Origin: Turneriella sp.
Lineage (GTDB): Bacteria; Spirochaetota; Leptospiria; Turneriellales; Turneriellaceae
Length of the DNA stretch: 64,000 nucleotides
Direction: 5' to 3'
NCBI GenBank assembly: GCA_965279515.1
Contig: CBDIID010000003.1
Coordinates: 640,001-704,000 of the forward strand
Shown: positions 38,501 to 47,764 of the stretch, one piece after another
How positions within the stretch are numbered: the stretch's first letter is position 1
Layout: each line of letters opens with the position of its first letter
Made by a program: the position numbers and the translations under genes
The notes under the pieces: model-generated
The model's input: the letters and a program-made list of their open reading frames with translations, nothing else
What the model was told of the DNA's origin: nothing
Databases searched by the model: none

Positions 38501-38745
38501 ATCAGCATCGACCGAAAAACACTGGAACGGCGACGCGCCCACCACTTCGACATCTGGTAAATCGGCTTGCCAGCATTACCTTCAATGATCGCTACCTGAT
38601 TAACCGGCAAGATTGGAAAATCTACTTCGAGGCAGGTTTTGGGGCGATTGGGATCGCTGAAATCAACAGTCTCAAGCTCAACCACTTTGCCGGCGCCTAC
38701 TGCTTTGGCGACTTCCTGCGCCAACAATTCTTTCTTCGAGGCCAT
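35542..38745 (-). CDS. DUF1156-type amino-DNA methyltransferase with Zn ribbons
   Basis: KWWARR, motif I DIFMGGGT, motif IV TDPPF, several CxxC pairs. Confidence 0.88.
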   Translation of the reverse strand: MASKKELLAQEVAKAVGAGKVVELETVDFSDPNRPKTCLEVDFPILPVNQVAIIEGNAGKPIYQMSKWWARRRSSVFRSMLIAAATKAPDDPAKAAKLVWDNYYANHQKKGAFKNLKVADIFMGGGTTLVEGSRLGMQMTGNDLNPVAWFVVKQEFAKVDLDEVKGLLADIEAEVKPQIMPYYYCDGPNGEKGKWTDKRTGKVKGTDFDPLTIPWDERKFFDYQGPEIIYTFWGKHGPCQVTGCGHRTPIMPSPVMAVKSLSIKYSEHKCPKCKKKFHVEDKAARMAPDVPLVVADSEDPFAVRDTTGVSKCPHCRHEELVSVRDGKSKKVELTLLVHPQWLAGSPKNDADGKPYGGSAQDDAESTARWNLERASKVRLLEVRGELPKEVICPETKIKFKTNVGTVPKKSTYTCGACGTMQSIPLTIEATGKTGPMAGYAIQGFAPKRKAAGASYDGRFFAPFSEKIADSYNAACVEWEQRKHTDLKKYWPMSEIPFGHMTHQRNRLDQQGYTHWWTLFNPRQLLVHTQLLEATVSVGSYSWDVREYVLGAFQQYLRNQCMFSIWNPQRDTPEPFFSQNNFHPKSTVIENCLFPDLGRGNWVSSTEGIIEGFDWTKSPWEAVSVETLKKHNSSLAAEVSGKSEKVRPGDPVLDAKLYAASSTDLNQISVGEFDLVITDPPFGGLLHYSELSDFFYVWLRLALKQKYPDYFVAEYSPKALEAVENHAREPDNAAVFYQRVLTQCWRESHRILKPGGILAFTFHHSEDDPWVSVLESLFDAGFYLEATYPIRSDETKGEGEFGSKTIEYDIIHVCRKRSEEPTPVSWARMRREVLADVRQLQSLLENHAKEGLPAADLQVIRRGKALEYFSRHYGKVLVDEDRAISVKEALVGINLLIDEDSGKADNLPPVNAEPITRQFLRIFAGKHEVARDQMQKFLRGSGIAPDEFEQRGWCSEADKIFSFVSPLTFAQDWHGRHKHKLTSDLDQALVLIGACYDGSGINAADTLKNQNFKPHAALRTLLDWFVKHGVEASIRNAADRALAIYNSWAQQHQKEVQQMALFFEEASQ

Positions 38746-39747
38746 TTAATGAGTTCCTGTTTTTGAAATTTCGACCATGGGTGAGAGCACTTCGAGTAAC
38801 GAAAGCCCACCATGAGCGAGCGTCGGGTAACCACCCTGACTTTTCCATTTCCACCGACCGAGCGCCAGCGTGTGGTCTCCATGTGAGCCGTGCAATTGCA
38901 TCGCCACCGGCGGCACGAAGGGGCCCGTATCTACTTTGCCCGCAACACTTCGGCCGCTTGAAAATGTCTGCTTCAGATAATTGCGCACCTCACCGTCTGC
39001 GTCTGGAAAATACCCCGTCGCCGCATAGCCATGATCCGACGTGATCATGAGTCGCCGACCGGTTGCGAGCCTTTCTACCAGAGTCCAAAATCCATCGCTC
39101 ATGAGCTGATCGGCAGCATCTTTTGTGAGCGCATCGAGGCCCTGACCGGCACCTGAGCCTTCGTGCACTTTGCTATCTGGCCAATGGTGCCATAGAATCC
39201 AGTTTGGATTTCCATTGATAAGTCCCGCGCAATCGAGCCAAGGTAAGTCCACGCATTCGGTATGTGCAGGCTGCAGGGAGTGCGACGTGCCACCGCCATT
39301 ATTCTGCAATTGGCTGCGGCTATTAAAACCCATTGCCTGCGCAAACTGATTCGTTTCGCCTGGTATTTCAGAAGCAGTCGCCGAAAATCCATGTATTGTC
39401 AAACCGCGCTGCTGGGCGCCTTGCACGAGCCAAGGTAGCTCACGTAACGAGAGGCCATCGAGAATTAAGATCGCTTTGGCATTGAAAGGCTGCGCCCACC
39501 ATTTAATTAAGGCCTCAGACGTGCGCTCAACTGAAGCCGCGAATTCGTGCCAAAGATCCCAGCCCGCAGTCGCCAGAAAATTATCCAACGCGCCGATCTC
39601 CCGGTCGCGTTTGCTGACTTCTCCAACGGCAGTGTCAGCAGCCAGTGGTTTGGCAGCAATGCTCGTGATGTGAGTGATGATTTCTGTCCAAGCAGCCTTG
39701 GCATCGGCCGTAGTAAGCCTGTGCAGCAGCTCGGGAGCAAGCGCCAT
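38746..39747 (-). CDS. PglZ-like alkaline-phosphatase-fold protein
   Basis: LILDGLS, ITSDHGY, HGGLSLLE; TAATG coupling to the upstream stop at 39747. Confidence 0.8.
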   Translation of the reverse strand: MALAPELLHRLTTADAKAAWTEIITHITSIAAKPLAADTAVGEVSKRDREIGALDNFLATAGWDLWHEFAASVERTSEALIKWWAQPFNAKAILILDGLSLRELPWLVQGAQQRGLTIHGFSATASEIPGETNQFAQAMGFNSRSQLQNNGGGTSHSLQPAHTECVDLPWLDCAGLINGNPNWILWHHWPDSKVHEGSGAGQGLDALTKDAADQLMSDGFWTLVERLATGRRLMITSDHGYAATGYFPDADGEVRNYLKQTFSSGRSVAGKVDTGPFVPPVAMQLHGSHGDHTLALGRWKWKSQGGYPTLAHGGLSLLEVLSPMVEISKTGTH

Positions 39748-42452
39748 TAGCCTTCTTCCTTTTCTAAATTCAGCTCGAAAGTCAGGCCATCTGGTAACTT
39801 TCGCAATATTTCCTTTAGCTGTGCCCCCGTCGCGGTTGATACCTTGATATTTACCTCGGCAACTTTGGTCGCAGGGCCAATGCCCCAATTTTCAATCCTG
39901 CCGATAAGATTCAGAGCAGAGGTAGCTGGGTTGCTGAGTGGTGTGCGCACTCGGTTCGCATCGCCAGCACCCTGCGGGTTGAAAATACTACCAGCTGAAC
40001 CATTGGCTGGGCTTACTGGCTGCGTATTGGATCCGTCACCAGCAATATTTCCCTCAGAATCAGGGCCAGCTATTCCTGTGTTGGGAGCAGTCCCGCCAGT
40101 GGTCGATGCAGCAGATGGTAGAATAATGTTGATTTCATCGAGCTGACGCCCAGTGTATGGCAGTTTCGGTCTAATTCTTTTCCAGGCCACATCTTCATCT
40201 TCGCCGGGCTGAGTCTGTACGTATTCCATGCCGCGCACATTGATTGCGATCTTTCCGCGCGCACAGATGCGCAGCAGTTTCTCTTTCATCACGGTTTCAC
40301 CGAGCCATGGTACGCAGTCCGTACCGCTGGGCCGTGGTTCTCTCAGGTCACGTAAGAGTTTCCCGAGTGTTGCCCCTTCACTCGCCGCCGCCATGACCAG
40401 CTTCTCAAAATCTTCCGGTACAAAAAGATCATTGAACATAGCTTCTTCAATCGCTGCCGGAATCTGCGCTCCTTGTTTCTGCAATTGCTCGATGCTGAAT
40501 ACGCTATGGCGTGGCTCGGCAAAATTGAATCGCTGCAAGATCGCGAATCGATCGAATCGTTTTTTGAGCAATTCGCGCAATTCGCTCTGGTATTTGGTGT
40601 GCAGTTTTCGGTATTCCGGATTCTGGCCACTCCAGTCATGAGCCTTCAGTGAAGCTCGAGCGAGAACCAACAGTTCACGGTCTTGAAGCGCATTCTTGCT
40701 TCCGGTGCGCGGCAACAAGAAGCGAACTGTATTTCGACGCTCCTGCAATTGTTCTTTAACCCACCTTCCTAAGCGCTCGTTGATGTTATCCGGGACTTCT
40801 GGTAATACAACTATCGGCAGGCGTTCATCCCATTTATCTGGCTTATCGTTTTCTTCGACTCCACTCCAGGGATCAGTAGACCATGCTTGAGGCAGCACGA
40901 TAATCCGAACAGTATTGGTTATATCTGCTACGCCGCCTATTGAGTATTTGATTTCACGTGCAAGATGCTTTGCATCATCACCGTTCACAAACATCTTGTC
41001 GTTTCGCGCATAGGCCATCAATTTTGCCTGCGGATTCTCTTCTTCGCGAAAGACAAGGCGATCGCCATCTTGATGAATATTGAAACTGTTCTCAATGATT
41101 GCTGACAATTCTACTTGAAATCCATTATCATCAATAGCATCAGTCCGGGTAACGTCAGCTTGTAACTGATGGGGATCGGCGCCAGCTTGATTCGCTACGG
41201 CTATTGAACGCAACCACAAGGCGCCAACAATGTCGTGCAGGTGTGCAAGATTGCGCTCCGCACTTTCAACTGCTTCTGTCACAGAAATAATATTCTGTTG
41301 CGCCTTTTTCCTGAGTGCACGGTGGTGCTCATTGGCAACTGAATCAAGTAAAGCTCCAATGCCAGAAGCATCATCATCAAGGCGAAAGTCCGCTGCGGTG
41401 AGCAATGGAACTTGTTCGCCGCGGCTCTTAAAAAGATTCGCGAGAATGCGAATTAAATCCCGGGTTTCCTGCGCATCAGTAGCAACAAGCACCTGTTCTT
41501 CCAGCAGGCGTAAAAGATGAGGGGCAAACGGCCAACATTCTACAAATTCATTCTTGCGCCGTTCGTGTTCGGTCGCTGGTATGTCACACAACCGAAAATA
41601 TTCTGAGACGTGTTTTGCAACAAGAGCCTCGATATCAGATGCAGAGATCTGCAGCCGATTCTCAAATAAACGGTGCAACAACATGCGCCGTCTGTCCTGC
41701 TGCATGCGCTCGGCGTTGCCACCCGCCTGAAAGTCTATGGCGATGGGATTCACTCGGTGTATCTGTTTGTACGCATCTGTAGCGCCATTACGCACCGATA
41801 CTACTAGGACCAATAGCTCAGGTCGGTTCTTTGCAATTTCGGACAGGATTTGAATAAAATTAAATGCCCATTGTTTGTTGGGATTCTGCTTACTATCCAG
41901 CAGACCATCGAACCATGTTTGAAATTCATCGAGCAATAACATGGTGGGCTTGTTTTCCAGTAGTTCTGTAATCAGTTTATCTGATGGTATATCGGTATTT
42001 AAGCCAGCCCATTTACCCTTAATATATTCGCCGTGAGGATGGCGTTCAAACAGAACATCCCACAAATATTTATACCGCTGGCGGTGAAGGCTCTCGCCAA
42101 TGACGTGCATTTCGGGTCTTAGCGGCAGTTTGCTCAATTCAGGTCTGCCAAGAATGCCAGCCCAGGCGTTGAGCCAGTTGCTTGTTGCTGATGGGCCAGT
42201 CACGGCGTGGTGAAGCGCCGCCATTAAGTGTGATTTACCCAGGCCCCTTTCGCCGATGACAACCACTGGTCGCCCTTGTTCCGGAGCAATTGCTTCGATA
42301 CCCTTCAGTAGGTCTAATGTTGGGTAAGTAATATTCAGAAAGCTTTCAGCACCGACCTGCGTCGCGCCTGTATTGTCATCGTTGGCGAGTTCAATAGCCG
42401 TGCCTTTGAGGCGCTTCCCACGAAACTCTTCGCGTAAGGTCAGGTCTAACAT
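39747..42452 (-). CDS. DUF499-family AAA+ ATPase (BrxC/PglY-related)
   Basis: ITYPT, Walker A GERGLGKSH, Walker B LLLDE, WPFAP. Confidence 0.85.
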   Translation of the reverse strand: MLDLTLREEFRGKRLKGTAIELANDDNTGATQVGAESFLNITYPTLDLLKGIEAIAPEQGRPVVVIGERGLGKSHLMAALHHAVTGPSATSNWLNAWAGILGRPELSKLPLRPEMHVIGESLHRQRYKYLWDVLFERHPHGEYIKGKWAGLNTDIPSDKLITELLENKPTMLLLDEFQTWFDGLLDSKQNPNKQWAFNFIQILSEIAKNRPELLVLVVSVRNGATDAYKQIHRVNPIAIDFQAGGNAERMQQDRRRMLLHRLFENRLQISASDIEALVAKHVSEYFRLCDIPATEHERRKNEFVECWPFAPHLLRLLEEQVLVATDAQETRDLIRILANLFKSRGEQVPLLTAADFRLDDDASGIGALLDSVANEHHRALRKKAQQNIISVTEAVESAERNLAHLHDIVGALWLRSIAVANQAGADPHQLQADVTRTDAIDDNGFQVELSAIIENSFNIHQDGDRLVFREEENPQAKLMAYARNDKMFVNGDDAKHLAREIKYSIGGVADITNTVRIIVLPQAWSTDPWSGVEENDKPDKWDERLPIVVLPEVPDNINERLGRWVKEQLQERRNTVRFLLPRTGSKNALQDRELLVLARASLKAHDWSGQNPEYRKLHTKYQSELRELLKKRFDRFAILQRFNFAEPRHSVFSIEQLQKQGAQIPAAIEEAMFNDLFVPEDFEKLVMAAASEGATLGKLLRDLREPRPSGTDCVPWLGETVMKEKLLRICARGKIAINVRGMEYVQTQPGEDEDVAWKRIRPKLPYTGRQLDEINIILPSAASTTGGTAPNTGIAGPDSEGNIAGDGSNTQPVSPANGSAGSIFNPQGAGDANRVRTPLSNPATSALNLIGRIENWGIGPATKVAEVNIKVSTATGAQLKEILRKLPDGLTFELNLEKEEG

Positions 42453-42638
42453 TTCGTTCCCGATGGCTTAAATAGACCCGAAGTTGCCTGATGGAATACC
42501 TTCAGGCCGACACGATTCCATTTCAAAAGAGGGGTTTGGTTTCTTAGATGCGAGCAAAACTTGCTTGATAAACTTGATCCGGACACGAATCCTAATCAAA
42601 CTGCGCGAGTGTTTGTCAATCTGGATAAGGCTATCCGG

Positions 42639-43736
42639 TTAACTTGCTTTAAATATTCTTCCAGTGAGTAAACGGCTCAAATAGTCCGGTTCTTTCTTGA
42701 AATCCTCTAGGATCTCAGCCAATTCTACAACGTTCACGCGCATTTCGGGCGAGAGTTGAGATTTTATGCCCTGTTTACCTATCACAAAAATACCCTGCGG
42801 TTTCAAGGCAGACTTCTTCGCCGTTTCATCAACTTCTGCAAAGAAATCTGTAATGGTCTTAATGGGACAATCAAACTTAACTTGAGCCAGCAACGGTTGG
42901 CCTGAATGATCGCATCCCACAATATCGTATGCTTTCATGGACTTGCCAACTTTGTAGTAGGTATGATTTAAGATTCCCCGACGCCGCAGAAATTCCTCAG
43001 CTAATACCTCAAGATGCCAAGCCGAGTACATCTCAGGATTATCAAATGCCATCTCTCCTTGGGATAAATATGAGAGTACCGCTTTTTCACCCATTCCCCA
43101 GCGAACTAAAGTACCATATGGAGGGGCGATAAGAAACGGTAACGAGAAATCATTGAATGTCACAACCTGACTTTCGTCCTTCTTAAATTTTAGCGTTTTC
43201 AAGCGTCCAAGGGGGTGTCTTGCAGAATCGTATTTCAAGTATTTGCTCCCGACCTCGATTTCGCCAATCAGCATTTCATCAACGCCGGCATAGGCTGCGA
43301 CCATGATTCCCGAATTATTATCCAATTCATTGAAATAGCGAATCGCCGTCTTTCCTTTACGCGTGTATTTATCCTCATCCCATACTTCCGATATCATTCC
43401 AGTTAGATCCCATTTTGGATCCCAAAAAAAATCGACCGCAATTTCTCGTTGGAGAAAAAGTTGTTGGGGATAATCTCTAGGGACATTTGGAAAGTCCCAC
43501 GTACTGTTATGCCTGATGAAATAAACAGGGAGGTTCGAATCCATGCAGAAATATCGCAAAACTGATGCTAAAGTGTACAGGTCATTTTTATGCGTGCGCC
43601 GCTTTAATTGACTCCGCATCATATCACCTTCGAGACACAGAGCATAACGCTTGCCATCGTGCCCGAAGCGATTACTGCCATCACGAAAATCTTCGAAATT
43701 GCCCTGTAAGCAATGTGTATACAGCGAATTTTTCAA
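42639..43736 (-). CDS. Putative restriction-endonuclease-like protein (true start possibly 43544)
   Basis: C-terminal LE...YDIVG...LAQVK nuclease-type motif. Confidence 0.5.
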   Translation of the reverse strand: MKNSLYTHCLQGNFEDFRDGSNRFGHDGKRYALCLEGDMMRSQLKRRTHKNDLYTLASVLRYFCMDSNLPVYFIRHNSTWDFPNVPRDYPQQLFLQREIAVDFFWDPKWDLTGMISEVWDEDKYTRKGKTAIRYFNELDNNSGIMVAAYAGVDEMLIGEIEVGSKYLKYDSARHPLGRLKTLKFKKDESQVVTFNDFSLPFLIAPPYGTLVRWGMGEKAVLSYLSQGEMAFDNPEMYSAWHLEVLAEEFLRRRGILNHTYYKVGKSMKAYDIVGCDHSGQPLLAQVKFDCPIKTITDFFAEVDETAKKSALKPQGIFVIGKQGIKSQLSPEMRVNVVELAEILEDFKKEPDYLSRLLTGRIFKAS

Positions 43737-43808
43737 AAATCCGCCGAACGCATATACGCTTCACCTTGAGTCACTGGAGCTCATAGGTGGGAATCTACAA
43801 CCCTTGAA

Positions 43809-43958
43809 TCAACGGCGATTTTTGTAATGGTTAGGCGGGAAAGCTTGGATGTGGTGCTCACGCTTAATATACGGATCCTTCTTTCGGGACCGAAGCGCCA
43901 TGATAATGGCGAGCAAACCAGCGGTTACCATGATCGTAATTATTACCGTCGCATCCAT
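43809..43958 (-). CDS. Small single-TM protein (49 aa), below the ORF-track cutoff
   Basis: MDATVIITIMVTAGLLAIIMALRSRKKDPYIKREHHIQAFPPNHYKNRR: hydrophobic helix then basic tail. Confidence 0.35.
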   Translation of the reverse strand: MDATVIITIMVTAGLLAIIMALRSRKKDPYIKREHHIQAFPPNHYKNRR

Positions 43959-44299
43959 TGGGGACAGAACATAGTCTTGCTTCAGTGGGAACAGCGCGGT
44001 CGGTTTTCAATCCTAGTATGTCCTTGAGGTAGTTGAAAAGCATGGTCGGAAAGCTGGTACGGGATTAAGAGGTCAGAGCCTTGCCGCAGGGTGCCTGTAC
44101 CCAGTGGATAGAATAACCCGGTAGTCAGCCCGGCCGTCGAGAGAGCCTGAGCCCGTGCCATAAGGACTATACCCCGAAGATTAGCAGCCTCGTATGAGGT
44201 AACCGTCCGGAAAACTGCGTCACTAAAATATCGAAGCGCTTATGTCGTCAATCGACAGGCAAATAGAATTATGAGCTTGCCGTCACATTATTCGGTTTC

Positions 44300-44776
44300 T
44301 TGCTTGATAACATGAGATTCTGGAGAATGCAATTACATCCGAATGAGCCTGAATACGCAACCCAATATACCGTTAACTGCTTGGCAAATAAGTATGTTGG
44401 TTTAGATTTTGAGGTTCCTAAGGGGGATCTAACAACGTATCCGCAAGGAAGCTTAGATACATCGCCAAATAATATTGCAGCCTTTGCCAACGAAGTGACT
44501 CAAGAAGATCAATTAATAATATTTCACCACAATCTGCCTTTTGCCCTAATTTCTAATATTGGTGAATACAATTACATCAAGGGCCCTGTAAAAGAAATGA
44601 ATATTTGGTTCAGACACTTTCGCCGGTTTGAAAATATTAGTTATTTTAACGATGTATTCAAACAAGGCAGGGATGAACATTTCAAAATCGTTATGGCAAA
44701 CACTTTCTCCGAAGCGACGCCCGATAGTGAAACGGGAAAATTAATCGCAGAATGGCTTCAAAAGTTGGGATCTTAA
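44300..44776 (+). CDS. Hypothetical protein (possible EVE/PUA-like domain)
   Basis: FWRMQLHP N-terminus and WFRHFRR motif; AT-rich ORF. Confidence 0.5.
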   Translation: MLDNMRFWRMQLHPNEPEYATQYTVNCLANKYVGLDFEVPKGDLTTYPQGSLDTSPNNIAAFANEVTQEDQLIIFHHNLPFALISNIGEYNYIKGPVKEMNIWFRHFRRFENISYFNDVFKQGRDEHFKIVMANTFSEATPDSETGKLIAEWLQKLGS

Positions 44777-45152
44777 GTTGGCGCACAGTGGCAGTTTGAA
44801 GTCGATTGATCATCCATTGTGATCTTAGGGTCAAGAAGGGCTTGATCAATCACATCCCTTCCGGCTGACGTCAATCGAATATTGGAGTCAGGAATTCTGC
44901 CGCGGCGCACGAGACACCGAGAAGCGGAGCTTAGCAGTAAACCCCCGTACCCCCGAAGACTTACATCTTTGTATGAGCTTCCTTTCAGGTAGAGGATTGT
45001 AACGAACTTATTACTTTCAGTTACAATCAAGAGGAAGATTAAGAAAGAAAGATCATACACCTGAAAACCGGTGCTCACAAACTGTTTTTTCCTTCGCAGT
45101 AACAATAGTGCCCATAAAGGAACCCACACTGCACGATGATCGTGTATCCTCT

Positions 45153-45223
45153 CAGGAAAGGTGTATAGAGAGGTGCGGATTTTTTTGCGGTTTTTGCATA
45201 ACCGACTCACCTTGGTCAAACAG
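45153..45223. repeat. 71-bp imperfect direct repeat, copy 1
   Basis: CAGGAAAGGTGTATAGAGAGG.GCGGATTTTTTT...CTCACCT.GGTCAAACAG recurs at 46583-46653. Confidence 0.85.
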
Positions 45224-45464
45224 AAGTCATTGGTGGGAAACTACGGCTTTGGGTCAACGGCGGTTTTTGTAGTGATCCGGAGGAAAAGCCTGAATGTGAT
45301 GCTCGCGCTTTATGTACATGTCCTTCTTTCTTGAGCGTCGCGCGATAAAAATGATCAGGAGACCAACACCTACAACAGCTGCTAGTACAAATGTGATATC
45401 CATTGAAAGCAGTGCGAATCATCGAGTCATGGTGAAGAGTCAAATAGACTCTATCGAAGAAATA

Positions 45465-45491
45465 GCCCGCAGCTAAAAATTGGCTGCGGGC
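45465..45491 (-). terminator. Hairpin terminator after the 45502 gene
   Basis: GCCCGCAGCT...GGCTGCGGGC stem followed by TATTTCTT on the minus strand. Confidence 0.5.
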
Positions 45492-45501
45492 ATCGGCGCA
45501 A

Positions 45502-46374
45502 TCAGTGGCAGACTTCTCGGTATCTAGCTAGGAGAGCTGCGCTCTTCCTCGCTCCTTCCAATACGCGTCTGAGTAATTCGTCTGAGTGAGCCTTTTTCGA
45601 GGCCCCATCACGGAAGCGGATAAGGCCTTCTAGGATAAAATCATCCATGCAAGCCTCAAACTCGGCTAAACCCGTTTGCCCATACGCTTCACTGTCGTAA
45701 ATGTCAGGAAACTCACCTGCTTTACTACCGGAAACGACCAGGACAGAAGCCGTAAATGGGAATGTTTTTTCTTCGATTTCTAAACCTGTCGCGATTTCGC
45801 TGGTAAACGGAAGTGCCAATATGGCATCAATGGCTCTCGCAGATGGTTTCCCGCTGATATTGACGATTATGAGGCGAGCCGCTGATAATCTCTGAGCCTG
45901 AGGTAGAGAAAGCCTACGAAAGTCGTGCAGCTCAGTTTCATTTACGACTACGGCTAACTTGCTAACTGCCTTGATCAAAGCATCCACGACGATATGTCGC
46001 GAGAGGTCACCACACAGGTGTACTATAGTTGCGGGTTTTTCTGGCGTGAAAATTGCGCCGCCGATAGCACGATAAAAAAGCTCGGCGCCGCGTTGTGCTT
46101 CCTCACAATCTAGATCTTCCTCCATGAAATCATCAATTCGATTGCACCTAAGGATACTTTCGAAATAACTAGGGAGCGGGGAATCGACTTCTGTTTTCGC
46201 AAGTTCATACGATCCGTTCAAGCATGGTTCGAACGACCCGGGTGTAAACTCTCCAGTAGCAAAGCGCAACCTGCCATTTCTGAACGCTATCGCATCCCTC
46301 GCTAAATCTTCTGAGTCAGAAAGACTTTCCATCTCCATCACTCTTTCACTTTGTCCTTGTGTTTCGTTTTTCAT
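45502..46374 (-). CDS. Degenerate D5/P4-primase-helicase-like protein
   Basis: IAFRNGRLRFATGEF resembles D5_N; IVHLCGD sits where Walker A is expected but there is no GKS. Confidence 0.5.
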   Translation of the reverse strand: MKNETQGQSERVMEMESLSDSEDLARDAIAFRNGRLRFATGEFTPGSFEPCLNGSYELAKTEVDSPLPSYFESILRCNRIDDFMEEDLDCEEAQRGAELFYRAIGGAIFTPEKPATIVHLCGDLSRHIVVDALIKAVSKLAVVVNETELHDFRRLSLPQAQRLSAARLIIVNISGKPSARAIDAILALPFTSEIATGLEIEEKTFPFTASVLVVSGSKAGEFPDIYDSEAYGQTGLAEFEACMDDFILEGLIRFRDGASKKAHSDELLRRVLEGARKSAALLARYREVCH

Positions 46375-46582
46375 AGTTATCCTACCTTTTGCCGCTGTAG
46401 CGGAGTTTATTTCCAAGACGTGAATTTCTTCACGACTCGGTTGAGCTCAGATACCAGCGCATGATGAAAAAAAGTGACCAGCTCCTAAAAAGGATCTTGC
46501 GATCAGAACCGAAGGTCTGGACAGGGAAACCGACCACGCCCGTGAAATAGAAACTATGTATGCCAGGTACGATTCTTGCCTC

Positions 46583-46653
46583 CAGGAAAGGTGTATAGAG
46601 AGGGGCGGATTTTTTTTCGGTTTCGGTATCAATACCTCACCTAGGTCAAACAG
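46583..46653. repeat. 71-bp imperfect direct repeat, copy 2
   Basis: Matches 45153-45223. Confidence 0.85.
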
Positions 46654-46990
46654 GAGGCTTTAGGGGCAATCTACGGGCACGGAGTCTATCTTTGAACCGG
46701 GTAAACTCTCGTTCCAGTAAGAGTACGGCTTCCGGCCTGTATCGCTTTGCATAAGAAAGGCTAATCTGAAATCCTCGTAGTAGCCCAACAGCATGAAGAA
46801 CTTGCTCAGCAGGAGCAAAGAGCCTGATCCGATTGAGCAGCCGGGATGTATCATCTGACCCACGGTCCAAGAAGATTGCCAGACCATCATGCCGTACCGC
46901 TTGAATCTGCTTCCCGTTTGAACTGATGATCCGGAGGTCCTTGGGTAACCGTGCAACGCCAGGAATCGTAAACTTCGATGCCCGTCGCAT
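46646..46990 (-). CDS. Hypothetical protein
   Basis: 114-aa ORF directly downstream of the DUF932 gene. Confidence 0.5.
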   Translation of the reverse strand: MRRASKFTIPGVARLPKDLRIISSNGKQIQAVRHDGLAIFLDRGSDDTSRLLNRIRLFAPAEQVLHAVGLLRGFQISLSYAKRYRPEAVLLLEREFTRFKDRLRARRLPLKPPV

Positions 46991-46992
46991 TC

Positions 46993-47751
46993 TCAGATCT
47001 TCCGGGCTCCGTATTGCATCGCCAGGTCAAACATGGCTTGGTTGAGGCGAATGTTTCGCTCCGCGTTTGTAACGCGACGCATTTTTTCACCGGTTACGGT
47101 GAAGACTCTGCCATTAATGATCTTCTCCTGCAGGACATTGAACACAGACCAAAGATCATCGCCTTTATCTGCAGTTCGCAAGGGAGTGAGAGCTTTTTGT
47201 AGATTGATTTCGCGTCGTTCTACAATTTCAGGCGTGAACCTGATCTTCATGAGATCGTTGGCGAATGCGAACTTCTCTGCTTCCAAGAGGTTGATCGATC
47301 GAAGGCGTTGGACACAGCCTGATATGCGAGGAACGTTATCAGCGTAGCTTGCTGCAGCTTCTCGAACTGCTTCGTATGTATATCGAATGTGCCTTATGGA
47401 GATAGAAGCAAACATGGCCTCGGAGATAACCAGACCGTTCGAGCAGACCAAGCGAAACAGGCCGGCAGATAATCTGAAAGATGATAAGCCGTCATGGCTG
47501 TTAAGCATCACGATCTCAGGGCATACTTCCTGCAATCCACCTGCCAGATGCTCAGGCTGTCGAAATCGTATGACGTGCTTGGCTGTTTCAGAACCTGATC
47601 TTCCCAAGACCTTCACGGGGTGCCACCCCAAAGAGATTAGGTCCGCTACGATTCTCGTGGTGGGAATAAACGTGTACTTTTCTGAAACTCCCTTGGGCTC
47701 TTTGGCACAGACCGCTGGAACGCCACAGCTCTGCAGATCGACTACTTCCAT
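46993..47751 (-). CDS. DUF932/DUF945 family protein
   Basis: SEKYTFIPT, NSHDGLSS, GLFRLVCSNGL, DLWSVFNVLQE. Confidence 0.88.
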   Translation of the reverse strand: MEVVDLQSCGVPAVCAKEPKGVSEKYTFIPTTRIVADLISLGWHPVKVLGRSGSETAKHVIRFRQPEHLAGGLQEVCPEIVMLNSHDGLSSFRLSAGLFRLVCSNGLVISEAMFASISIRHIRYTYEAVREAAASYADNVPRISGCVQRLRSINLLEAEKFAFANDLMKIRFTPEIVERREINLQKALTPLRTADKGDDLWSVFNVLQEKIINGRVFTVTGEKMRRVTNAERNIRLNQAMFDLAMQYGARKI

Positions 47752-47764
47752 ACTTCCTCCGTGA

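Noticed and set aside
44773..45443. ORFs of 148 and 75 aa as genes
   Set aside because: They start in or next to the non-coding 71-bp repeat with TTG starts and show no recognisable motif.
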